A stretch of DNA of 64,000 nucleotides from Torpedo marmorata (taxonomy: Eukaryota), in NCBI GenBank assembly GCA_977017645.1, contig OZ360232.1:112468001-112532000 (forward strand), given 5' to 3'. The notes under the pieces are model-generated. The model was given only the letters and a program-made list of their open reading frames with translations. It was not told where the DNA came from and did no database searches. The position numbers were made by a program, and so were the translations under genes. Below are positions 25,689 to 37,144 of the stretch, piece after piece; the first letter of the stretch is position 1; every line of letters begins with the position of its first letter.

Positions 25689-26112
25689 ACCTGACTTGCT
25701 GGAAACTCCTTCTCATGGAACAACTCCCGTGACGTCACGCCTTCCTTGCAGCTGGATAAAAAAAAATAAAAGTTTATTACCAAAAGAAAGAAAGTAAAAC
25801 TATCAGCAACAGCACAGGTCGGATTGTAACAGGGGAAGTACGTTCTGTAACCACCCCCCCCCCCCCTCCTCCCTGCGTGTAAATGCACAGGGGCTGGGGT
25901 GCAATCACCATCAGAGAGTCGGTGTCTGCATCGGGACGGGGCATGAACACCAGGAGGACCGATTCCGTATTCGCTCGTTGTCGGCTCCGTGGTCCCTCCC
26001 GTCCTCCCACCGAGCGTTACTCGTCCGCTTGCCCTGCTCTGCTTTTGTTGTGGACCACACCGGCAGGAACACATCTGCCAGGACCTGGCTGCTCAGCCTT
26101 GCCGCAGGAGAT
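25689..26112 (+). promoter_or_regulatory. CpG-rich promoter/5'UTR of the ARID5B-like gene, with CRE palindrome
   Basis: CGTGACGTCACG at 25728-25739 contains the consensus CRE TGACGTCA. An A-rich TATA-like tract follows at about 25755-25770. CpG density is high through about 26700. Confidence 0.7.
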
Positions 26113-26133
26113 ATGGAGCCGCTGAAAATCGAG
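26113..26133 (+). CDS. ARID5B: ARID5B-like, coding exon 1 (MEPLKIE)
   Basis: ATG plus 6 codons, then a GT donor at 26134. Matches the 7-residue start MEPNSLQ of human ARID5B. Phase-0 join to exon 2. Confidence 0.8.
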
Positions 26134-26340
26134 GTAAAAAAACGCGCACACAGAAAGTTCCAAGTGTTTTTGTTGTGGGGGAGAAAGTGTGAGGGGAAGT
26201 TGGATGGTGGAGGGAGCGGTGAGGCGGCCTGCGCTGCCAGGGGCTCTTGGAGGGAGTTGAGGTGAAGTTTGGTTTCAGCTAAGTTTGTTGTTTAATGGCT
26301 TTGTTTTGTTTCTCTCGCCCCCTCTCCTGCTCCTGCCCAG

Positions 26341-26619
26341 TGGATGGGATCTCCCTGTGGCACCCACGGACCGTACACCTTCTACAGGGGGTTCAGCTTG
26401 CCGGAGCCGGCTGACCCGGGCCGGGCGGAGGCGCCCAGGACACTGACGGCCAAGCTCGGCCACTTCCTCTTTGTCAGATGCCAGCCCCACCAGCCCGAGT
26501 GCATCGCCGAGCTTCAGCTGCTGTGGGAGGACCGCAGCCGCCAGCAACTGCTGGCCAGCACCAGGTTGTACTTCAGCCCGGAGGACACCCCGCAAGGACG
26601 CGACCTGCACCACGGCCAG
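26341..26619 (+). CDS. ARID5B: ARID5B-like, exon 2 (N-terminal BAH domain, 93 codons)
   Basis: Polypyrimidine tract and CAG acceptor at 26340, GT donor at 26620. WMGSPCGTHGPYTFYRGF...LGHFLFVRC...CIAELQLLWEDRSRQQLLASTRLYFSPEDTPQGR aligns to human WVGSPCGLHGPYIFYKAF...LGDFFFVRC...CIAELQLLWEERTSRQLLSSSKLYFLPEDTPQGR. Exact paralog is uncertain. Confidence 0.9.
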
Positions 26620-29364
26620 GTCAGGGGGCAGGAGGGCAGGCGCTTCCTTCTGGGGCGAGCGGTGGGTGGGGGAGATGCAGTGGGAAAGGGGCTGGGGGGC
26701 GGGTTGATGTTACACATTCCTGCAGCTTCCACTCTCCTCTTTTTGTGTTGGTTCAAGGTCAGATGATGATTACAATCGGGCAGTACTTGACTGGGGAGAA
26801 ATTTAAACTCTTCTGGCCAAATTGCATTGAAACACATGCACTCCACAACAGAGGGTCATGGAAATGCAGTCAGAGATTTAAGGGAAACGCATTTGATTTT
26901 GAACAATAGAAAATGCCCCAAAACACCACGGCAGATATTTTGCTGAGCTGGTCTTTAAATGTTTAATAAAATACTTCAACGCTTTCCATATGAAATGTTT
27001 CCTTTGTTGGGTGGAGAAATTAGAGAGCTGTTTCCAGGAATTTGCAAACTGAAAGTTGGTATGCTTTGATTTTGGAATCTTAAACAGTTCGCATAATAAT
27101 ATTATTGGCCGGCATTCAAAAATTCAAACGGCTTGAAACGATTGACCTGTTTAACCGTGATTTAAAATAATAAACTGATTTAAGATCTCGTTGCAGTTTG
27201 ATCTCTGTTGCAAAAGGGCGTGGGTGGGTGCCGCTCCGTTTCCTCAATGTGGACTAAATTAAGAGATGATGATGAGTAACAACGATAGTGTCTCTCTTGA
27301 AATAATTAGCAGCACTGGGGTCGGCGGTTGTCAAGTTGCCCTGAGTGAGATTCCAGCACTGCCCCGATGTGCTGTCACTTTGTATTGGGGGCATCCTCTT
27401 ACAGTTCGAGGTGCAATTGTGGAAAGTGGGGAGTGCTTTCTCTCCTTCCCTGATCGGCGAGATAATGCCACAAACGTACATTGTGCTGCTACGGGCTGTT
27501 TCAAATGAAATGTAGATAAATAGCGCCAAGAAAGTGCGGATGTGCGAATCCATTTTTATTTTTGCTCCTTTCGTGTTCCCTGTAATTTGGGTTTCGGAAT
27601 AAACCCGTCCGGCTCCAAACCAAGCGTTTCCTGACAAACCAGCTGGACATTTTCCTGATAAATTAAGGAACTGCTTTTTTGACGAAAAGGTTATTTTGTT
27701 TCCTTTCTCGGTTATTTTAACTGCATTTTTAAAATATCGGCTCAACGGTTGTTATCAGATCAAATAACGTCATGACATTAGATCAGTTCATTATATTTCT
27801 GTCTAGTTGCATCACTGGAATTGATCATTGCCGGCTGGAATTATTGGGATCGATTTTTTTTTAACAGCAATGGTAAAACCAAAGCAATAGCCATGGCCTG
27901 TGTTTGTATCCGACTAAAGGATCTCTACATTAGATTTACTATCTTTAAATCTGCTGCTGCACCCGGTTTCACAAGAATCCTGTGGTTTTCAGTTTCTTTA
28001 TGAACTTGGAGTGAGAGGAGGTTGTCCAAAAGAAACATGCATTGTTATTGTCTGTTTAAATGCGACATCAGAAATAATATGAACTAAATACAGATTGCTG
28101 TTCTGAATTTAATTTTGTATTTGCAGTAAATTTCCATGTATTACCCTATTAAATTGGCACTCTTCATCCACAATTATACATTGCCCCACCACAAGTCATT
28201 TGTCCTAACTGACAATTGTGCTGTTTCCATCTCCAGACTTGACATATTCCAATTGTCAACATTTTGGGTTGGAACCTTTCATCAAGTGTTTTGACCTAAA
28301 GTGTTTTGCCTGTTTTTGCCCACTGAGTTCCTCCAGCAGATTGTTTTTATTGCTCCAGATTCCAGCATCTGCAGTCTCTTGTGTGTCTCCGGTTGACATA
28401 TTGTAATGCTGTCCGACCTGTCATTCACCTTCATATCCTCTATGATGCATCTATACTCCCTTGCAGTGTAAACCAGTATCCTTTCCTGTGCAAGTATCAT
28501 TCTTCTAGTTGTCAACCTGTGTTGGTTTTGGACACCAAATATGACAAGTTCTGACCATAATGTTTAAATCAATTCTTGGCTTCTCCCTCATCACTGAAGC
28601 TGTCTCCCACTGAGGAATCACGCCCTCACCCATTCACCCAGATATCCTTGCTCGTGTAGTCTGGTTGTGGCTTTGCGCATTCCTGATTTTTTCCCTCCAG
28701 TGCATTCACCAGCGTTGACCATGGGTTTAGCTGCTGATGTATGGTTTGCAATTCACACTCTACACTTTTACCATTTTCTATTGTTGTCGATGAAAACTTT
28801 CTGTTGTTACTGCCTTTGGGAAGCAAAGAGGAGGAAGTAAACATGGATAAGCCAATGGGAGTGGTAGTTGTGCTTCCATTGATTGTTGCTATCATTGATT
28901 AAAAGTATGTTGCGGTTAACACTAAAGTTGAATTTGAAAGTTGTACCTCTGACTTTCTGAGGTGTACTAAAAGGGTGGTTTTCTTTGAAGTTGTATTTCT
29001 TGAGGAGCTCCATAAATTAGCATCAAATAGAACCCAGAAGTTTACTTTTTACACCTTGACTGGATGTTAATTTAAGGGCAGCCAAAAATGTTTCATCTCC
29101 CTCCTCTTCAAATAGTTTTCTTGCTTCACTCGTCAGATGTATTATTGTATGTTTGCCTGGTTGTATTGGAAGAACATTGACCAAATGAAACACAGTGATT
29201 TTTGTCTAATTCTAGTCTCTGTGCTGAGATTTGAGGATCTCTGTTGAAAGGACCTCGCTTGGAAACCATACTCGGGAATGTTTGGATTTAATTGAAATTG
29301 AGACTATGCAAAAATTGTTTTTAAAATATTTTTTCAAAACATTCTGTAATATTTTCCTTATTTA

Positions 29365-29690
29365 AGATGGTACTTGGCAAAGATGTCTAGGAGAATGAGG
29401 GCGATCTAAGATGCTATAAGAAACAGAGGTGCACGAGAATATCTTCTCACGGAGGGTGGTGAATCTCTGGAATTTCCAGCCCTGGAGGGTTGTGGCCAGT
29501 TCACTGGAAATATTTAAAGAGGAGATACATAAATTTTGAAGGAATAGAGAATTGAGGGCTACGTGGAACTGGTACAGAAGAGTTGAGGCCCGGGGAATAT
29601 CAACCACAATCACATTGAATGGGGGAGGGGGGGGCAGGCTTGAGGGCCTGATGTCCTACTCCTGCACCTATTTTTCTGTGTTCTTGTATA
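29365..29690 (+). mobile_element. CR1 3' fragment
   Basis: TTCTCACGGAGGGTGGTGAATCTCTGGAATT and CR1 tail CCTACTCCTGCACCTATTT. Confidence 0.75.
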
Positions 29691-29869
29691 ATAATTGCCA
29701 CACTTAGATTTTACTTGTGTGTGAGATTGGAAAAAGACTTTTGACTTTGTCTGTCACTTGTCTCTTAAGTCTGGATGTCGCTACAGAAGGCATGAGAAAT
29801 TTGAGAACTGGCATTTGGACTCTGACCCCAGATAACATGGTGATATTTGTGATCTCCGAATCCTGCCCT

Positions 29870-30401
29870 TGTCGTGGTTTACCGTAACCCAAGAATGACC
29901 AGGAGGTGCAGAAAATTCTTCAAGAAGTTTTAAACTTTTATTTGCAAACAAAAGCTGTGAGCCAGTCACTGATTGCCCCCTGAACACAGCGCATACCCTC
30001 CTTTTTATGTTAGTTTCCTGACTTAATTACATCATTGCATTCATTCATTCATAACCACATATCTCAGTAGTTTTGGGGAGATTGTGATAACACTCTGTGC
30101 AAGCTTGTTTGAGATATCTGTTCCAAGGTTGCTTGAAGAAATTTAATTAACTTGTTTTAAGGATGTGTTGGTTGCTAAGACAACTACATTCCTGTTTGAG
30201 GTAACCACATCCAAGGCCACCTTGTGCTAGTCCCTGTACCGAGGTGTTCTGTGAAAGCCTACATTTATGAATCATTCACTGTGGAAGTGATTTTGCTTAA
30301 TGAGCAAAGTGCCCATTATTCAAAAGTTCAATTTAAGGGTATCTATGTCTCAGGAAGTACCAGCCTCAAGTGAAGGTCAGAATGAAGTAATGCTTACTAC
30401 A
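29870..30401 (-). mobile_element. Possible solo LTR
   Basis: Minus strand runs TGTAGT...AATAAA...CCACGACA. No TSD found. Confidence 0.4.
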
Positions 30402-30483
30402 GATATGTTATATTAAAATACTAATTAATAAGGTTTCTAATATGTGAATAAGTAAGGACTTATAATATGTGTATAAGTTATGT

Positions 30484-30839
30484 TGTAGCACGTCGCTACG
30501 GTTATAGCTCTGCGCGTCGAGTTGGTCGTCGCTCTAGTTCTGGAGCTCAAGAGGAGATGCACACCCTCTGAGCGTCAAGACAGAACTACCTATTCTGCCG
30601 TCGGCTCTGCCTTTTATAGGCGGGCCGAGCCTGACTGCTGCGTCACTGATGGGGCGTGGCCTAAGGCGCGACGCCCAGGATTGGTCAGGCTACGATCCAT
30701 CCTTAGGGATTGGCCCGTTCCCTCCTTGCCGTTGTGGCCTATGGGAACGGGTCATCTGAATCATGTGCCGCCTGCGCGATCGCCGTGTTCGAACACAGCT
30801 CCCTGTATCGGACTGCGGAGTAGGTCGCGCGCCGCTACA
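30484..30839 (-). mobile_element. Solo LTR related to Gypsy element 2
   Basis: TGTAGC...GCTACA termini, TSD ATGT (30480-30483, 30840-30843), alignable to LTR 33107-33442. Confidence 0.92.
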
Positions 30840-33459
30840 ATGTTATATTAAAATACTAATTAATAAGATTTCAAATATGTGAATAAGGACTTATAATATG
30901 TGTATAAGTAAGGATTTCTACCTAAATCATAGTTAAACTAAAAGCAGCATTGCTTTCTATAAAAGCTATTATCCCCTTGTTACACAGAATCTTTTACATA
31001 ATTATTCAGAGTATACCATCTTTCTGTACACATGTAATCACGTTACATAGTAAATTGTTACATAATTCATGTGGTTTCTTTTCCATACCCTCCCCGTTGC
31101 ACGAGTGGCAGAGTGCAGCACTACAGCCATTATGTACATGCCAGGTTTAACGGTTTTATGATCAGCTGACATTAATTAAAAAACACAATGATAAGTGCTC
31201 ACCAGTGGAGGGGGTATAATGTTGAAAGGCTGTGGTGAGCTTTAATAAATTCTTCACTAAATTATGTTAATTGTCTTTGCCTCAGTAATCATCATGCTCC
31301 CAATCTTTATTGTGATCAAAAGTTATTCAAACCTTTCCAACCTTCTCAGGACAATTCAGTGTCTGATCTGTTATTAATTTACCAATTTCAGTGAAAACAG
31401 TTATTGACTATACAGCCTGTTTAGGGATATTAAAATGGAGGGATTTATTAGATTTTCCCACCCCCTCCATTAAGTTTACTTGTTCCATGGTGTAACTCCA
31501 TTTTCAAAAATTTTTAGTTGACGTTAAATTTAACTCATTGTATCATTCCATTGAATATTCCTTGTATTCTTTTAATGGTTCAAATGCTATTCCTGTAATA
31601 TGCTGTTAAAAATTAGGGTTAAAAAATTGCACATGGTATTCCAACTAATCACACTGTGCCTGTGTTTTTGTATTGTTAGTTAATATAAATAATTCCAGAT
31701 TCCCATATTTTACATGCCTGTTCAACCCAGACTCACAATTATGCTGGAGACGCAGCTAGCTTCAGGCAGCTTTGTTCTAATGATTTAAATTTGACTTCCT
31801 TTCATTGTTGTCTCTCTCAAGGTGAATAACTACGGTGCATATTTCTGCATTGAGCTACAACTGCCAACTGTTGGTCCTGCTCTGTTCTTCCCTGTAATTT
31901 GATACCATCAGCATTTTTCCTTCTGTTTATCTGCAAATTGCTCTATAAATGAAAGATCAAGGTGGCCCCAGAACAAATCTCAAAAGTACAATTGTCAAAT
32001 TCCACTATTTTTTTAATAAAGCTGTTTACTTCAATTGTTTGTTTCTGTTCCTTGACAAATCTCCATTCCTGCAGCTACAATTTTACTACCAGTTCAGCTC
32101 ATTTTCATAATCTATTTGATCTAACAACTTCTGGCAGCCAATTGGTTGGGTTGCTAAATAATTCTTTTCATCAATATACCATATGATTGTTCTATGTTCA
32201 AATAAATTGGATGTCTTTTAGAGGCTGATGCTAATTGCCTATGATTAGTCCATCATTCCAAGAATTCTTTTTAACTTATTTAAGATACAGCTCACTTGCA
32301 TGTAATTTTCTGCCTTATTCTATACAGTATATTTTTTGAGTAAGACTTCCAAGAGAAAAGCTTGAATTTACATGGTCTTTAACATAGAAAAACATTCCAA
32401 AGCACTCAAGCATAAACAAGCAGGGACACCAGCAGAGTACTGTTTCCAAAGATGTTGGGAAGTTTAGTTTTTGCCTCTTCAATAACCCTGTGCTCACTTT
32501 CCTTAGTAAAACCTAAAGCAGTTTTTGAATGTGTTTATTCTTCTATTCATGTCATTCTAGTAGGTATTATGCAGACCATTAGTCTTTCTTAACTGATGCT
32601 GTGCTCTCTTATTTAGCTTTGTTTCTTTAACTTTTACCTCTGTTATTGTTTACTTCTGCAGTGACCATCTCCCTTTATTCAAAGACGTTTCTAGTCCTTT
32701 TCATTTACGCCTCTGATTTAAACCCTGATAAATACAATGTATTCGCTTTTATTTACATCTACCACAGCCCATCCAATGTTCGTTCTTTTCTATAACAATT
32801 AATTTGAAATACCTCTTTTGTCTGCTTCCCAACCTGACATTTTTTAACCTGGATTTCAGTTTTGTGTTTAATATTTAAATAGCTCTCTGTTCAGAAACAG
32901 TCAAATTATATTCACCTCTCGACTGTGCAATTACTTTTCTTGCTTCCTTCATCAACCTCAAATCTAGTGTGTAGCGTCTTGGATTAGCAAACTGATCAAA
33001 GGAGCACACCATTTCGTTTCTGCTACTTATTGCATTTTTTCTCTGGTTAATAAAGTACTCTCAATTTGCAATGTCTTCTATTTCTAATCAACTGACATTC
33101 AAGTACTGTAGCGCGTCGCTACGGTTATAGCTCGGTAAGAGGTTATAGCTCTGGAAGAAGATGCTCACACACCGAGAGTTGAGTCAACACTGGTTTATTT
33201 GGCTGTCTGCTCTGCCTTTTATAGGCTGGCTGAGCCTGGCTGCCACTTCACTGGTGGGCATGGCTTGCAATCGCTGACCAGGATTGGTCGGGCCACGATC
33301 CGCCGTCGGGGATTGGCTTGTTTCCCCCCTGCTGTTATGGTCTATGGAAACGGGCCATTTGGATCACGTGCCGCCTGCGTGATCATCGCGTTCGACCATT
33401 GTTTCCTGTGTCGGCCTACGGAATAGGCCGCGGACCGCTACTCGATTTCCCCCCCCCCC

Positions 33460-36400
33460 CGAGAATCGGCGATCTGTGTGGCGGCTTTGTATTTGGGAGG
33501 CCGGCCTCTGCGACGTGGGATAGGATGGGTGACCGGTTGGCCAGAGTCCAGGTGCGCTGGTTTGAGCCGGTCAACCGTGAAAGTTTCTTCTCTGCCGCCA
33601 ATATCTATTACACAGCTGGAGCCGTTGTGCCTGAGTACACGGTACGGTCCTTCGTACGGCCATTGGAGTGGTGGCCGATGTGCTCCGCGCCTTACAAACA
33701 TGTGTTTGCATTCCTTTAAGTCCTTCGGGACGAAAGTTTTGGGCTGGCCGTGTGCCCTGGGTTGTGCCGGGGACAGCGTACCTAGCCGTTCCCGCAGACG
33801 AATCAGTGTTGCCGCTGGAGTTTCTTCCATGTTCCCGGCGTCGGCCAGGAATTCACCCAGGATGACCAGGGGTGCGCCGTAGACCATCTCTGCTGCAGAC
33901 ACGTCGAAATCCTCTTTGGGTACAGTGCGGATGCCCAGGAGGACCCAAGGAAGTTCGTCGGCCCAGTGAGGTCCTGTGAGCCGGGCCATGAGGGCTGCCT
34001 TGAAGTGCCTGTGGAACCTCTCCATCAACCTGTTGGCCTGAGGGTGGTATGCCGTGGTATGGTGGAGTTGCGTTCCCAGGGCGTTGGCCAAGCCCGCCCA
34101 AAGGCTGGAGGTGAACTGGGCACCTCTGTCTGATGTAAGGTGTTCCGGGACCCCAAACCGTGCCACCCATGTGCTTAGCAGGGCTCTAGCACACGACTCT
34201 GTGGACGTTACCGCTAGTGGGACCGCTTCCGGCCATCTGGTCAGACGATCTATCATCGTCAAGAGGTATCGGGCACCTCTTGATACCGGTAGGGGGCCTA
34301 CAATGTCTATGTGCACATGGCAGAACCGCCGCCGTGCCGGTTTGAATGACTGGGGAGGGGCTCTAATGTACGTCTGCACCTTTGATGCCTGGCAATGTGT
34401 GTAGGTCTTGGCCCACTGACTGACCTCTTTGCGGAGACCGTGCCATACTTATCTGCTGGCCACCATCTTAACTGTGGTTCTGATGGCTGGGTGCACCAGG
34501 TTGTGGACCGTGTCGAAGACTCGCTTCCTCCATGCTGCGGGTATGATGGGTCTAGGTGTACCGGTCGAGGTGTCACACAGAAGTGTCTGTTTCCCTGGGC
34601 CGATGCGTACGTCCTCTAGGTGGAGACCGGTTATCGCCGTCCGGTATGCGGGCATGTTGGGGTCTACTTGCTGTGCCTCAGCCAGGGCTGTGTAGTCGAT
34701 GTCTGGGGCGGGGGTGTGTATTGCCAGTATGGCTGGCCGTGATAGTGCATCGGCCACCACATTCGACTTCCCGGCAATGTGTGTGATGTCCGTGGAGAAC
34801 TCAGATATATAGGACAGGTGCCTTTGTTGCCTGGCTGACCATGGGTCTGATACCTTGCCGAAAGCAAAGGTGAGCGGTTTGTGGTCCGTGAATATCTTGA
34901 ACTTCCTGCCCTCCAGGAAGTATCGGAAATGCCAGACCGCCAGGTATAAAGCTAAGAGCTCCCGATCAAAAGCGCTGTACTTGAGCTCCGGTGGGCAGAG
35001 GTGCTTACTGAAAAAGGCCAGCGGCTGCCATTGTCCAGCGACCAGCTGCTCGAGTACTCCCCCGACTGCTGTGTTGGAGGCGTCCACAGTGAGGGCTGTC
35101 GGGGCGTCTGTCCTTGGATGCACCAGGTGAGTGGCATTGACCAGGGCGTCTTTGGCGGTTTGGAAAGCCCCTGATGCTTCCTGCGTTCACTCGATCTCCC
35201 TCTTTGGACCTGTCATGAGGGAGAATAAGGGCCACATGATGCAGGCTGCTGCCGGTATGAAACGGTGATAAAAGTTAACCATACCGGCGAACTCCTGAAG
35301 GCCCTTTACTGTTGTTGGCTTTGTGAACGACCGGATGGCCTCCACCTTCTCGGGCAGCGGCCTGGCCCCATATTTGTTAATACGGTGCCCCAGAAAAATG
35401 ATGGACTCGCCCGAACTGGCATTTGGCGGGGTTGATTATTAAACCGAACTCACTAAGGCGGGTGCACAATTGCCTTATGTGGGTGGCATGTTCGGCGCGG
35501 TTGCGGCTGGCTATCAATATGTCATCCAAGTAGATGAAGGTAAATTTGAGATCCCGGCCCACTGCGTCCATCAACCTCTGGAAGGTTTGATCTGCGTTCT
35601 TCAGGCTGAATGGCATTCAGAGAAACTCAAACAGACCAAAGTGGGTGATTATGCCAGTCTTGGCAATGTCTTCCGGGTGGACTGGGATCTGGTGATAGCC
35701 TCTGATGAGGTCCACCTTCGAGAATATCCATGCCCCTTGTAGGTTGGTGGTGAAGTCCTGGATGTGGGACACCGGATATCTGTCTGGCGTGGTGGCCTCG
35801 TTGAGATGGCGGTAATCCCCGCATGGTCTCCAGCCCCCTGCCGCACGATACCGAGCTCTTCCATCTTTTGAAACTCTTCCTTGGCGAGGTTAAGTTTTTC
35901 GGGGGGGAGGCGGCGCGCCCTGGTGTGAAGGGGAGGTCCAGTTGTAAGGATATGGTGCCTAACCCCGTGCTTAGGTTCTGCCAAGGAGAAGTGTGGCATT
36001 GCGATGGCGGGGAATTCGGTTACATTACGCGCAAACTCGTTGTCAGCAGCTGTTACCGAGTGTAGGCGGGGGGCAGTGAGTTCGGTTCCACCCAGGGAAA
36101 GAGTCTGAAAGGTTGTGGCGTGCACCAGTCTCCGCCCCTTAATATCCACCAATAGGGATTTGGCCCGGAGGAAATCCGCACCCAGAAGTGGCTGTTGCAC
36201 GGCCGCCAACGTGAACTTTCAAGTGAAACGGCTGTCTCCGAAGCAGAGGGGGATGGTGCGGGTGCCGAAGGAATGAATGTTTGAATTATTAGCCGCTCTC
36301 AGGGTCTGTCCAACCCTGCTGCTGTGGACATCGGAGCTGGAAGGGGGAAAAACGCTGATTTCGGCCCCGGTGTCGACCATGAACCGGCGGCCCGACAGGG

Positions 36401-36476
36401 AGTCCCGTACGTGGAGGAGGTTGTGATGTAAGCCGGCCGTCGCAAGCATCAACGACGGCCGGCTCTGGCGTTTCCC
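33460..36476 (-). pseudogene. pol of Gypsy element 2 (disrupted)
   Basis: FMVDTGAE (36219-36521), YLDDILI (35377-35616), RNase H TDHKPL (34449-35123), integrase HIDIVGP/SDRGAQF/GPY (33438-34379). Confidence 0.92.
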
Positions 36477-37144
36477 TGGAACGCACAGGGGGAGCGGCAT
36501 CGACGGGCCTCGGAACCCCACCGTTGGTGATAGAAACAGTAATCCTCACCGGTGGGGTCCGTCGGTCGGTGGGTCGTCCGGTCGGAAAGCCGTCTGGTCG
36601 TTTGCCGCGGTCGAGGCATGGTCACCTGTTCCAGCGTCGCACAGGCGTCCTTCTTCGCCGACCAGAGCACGTCTGCTCGGGCAGCTACCTTCCTGGGGTC
36701 GCCGAAATCCTCCTCCGTGAGCAGCAGCTGGATGTCTTCTGGCAATCGCTCCAGGAAGATCTGCTCGAAGAGCAGGCAAGGTCTGTGGCCATCGGTCAAA
36801 GCGAGCATGTCGCTCATGAGGGCGGAAGGCGCCCTGTCCCCCAAACCGTCCATATGCAGCAATCGGGCCGCGCGCTTGCGCTTCGAGAACCCGAAAGTGC
36901 AGGTTAAGAGCTCTTTGATGGCCACATACTTCCCCTGCTCTGGAGGATACCGCAGGAAGTCGATGATCCTGGCCACCGTTTCCTGCTCGAGGGCGCTCAC
37001 CACGTGGTAGTAGCGTGTGGCGTCGGTGGAGATCTGTCAAACGGCGAACTGTGCCTCGGCCTGTTCGAACCACACCAGTGGTTGCAATGTCCAGAAGCTC
37101 GGTGTCTTCAACGAAACCGCATTGATTGTAGGCTGTTCGTTCAT
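36449..37144 (-). pseudogene. gag of Gypsy element 2 (one in-frame TGA)
   Basis: ATG at 37144, MNEQPTINAVSLKTPSFW...WFEQAEAQFAV*...CFYHQRWGSEARRCRSPC. Confidence 0.88.

Noticed and set aside
26620-26766. ORF 26344-26766 continuing past the BAH similarity
   Set aside because: Similarity ends at a GT donor at 26620; the remainder is intron read-through.
28626-29013. Candidate ARID5 exon 3
   Set aside because: No frame resembles the expected DEVIAVSEKVIVKLEDL, and I did not find that motif elsewhere in the window.
36421-36452. H-type pseudoknot (loop TGATG pairing with downstream CATCA) at the frameshift site
   Set aside because: Only 2-3 nt would have to span a 12-bp stem, and element 1 does not clearly keep the pairing. 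A simple hairpin is better supported.
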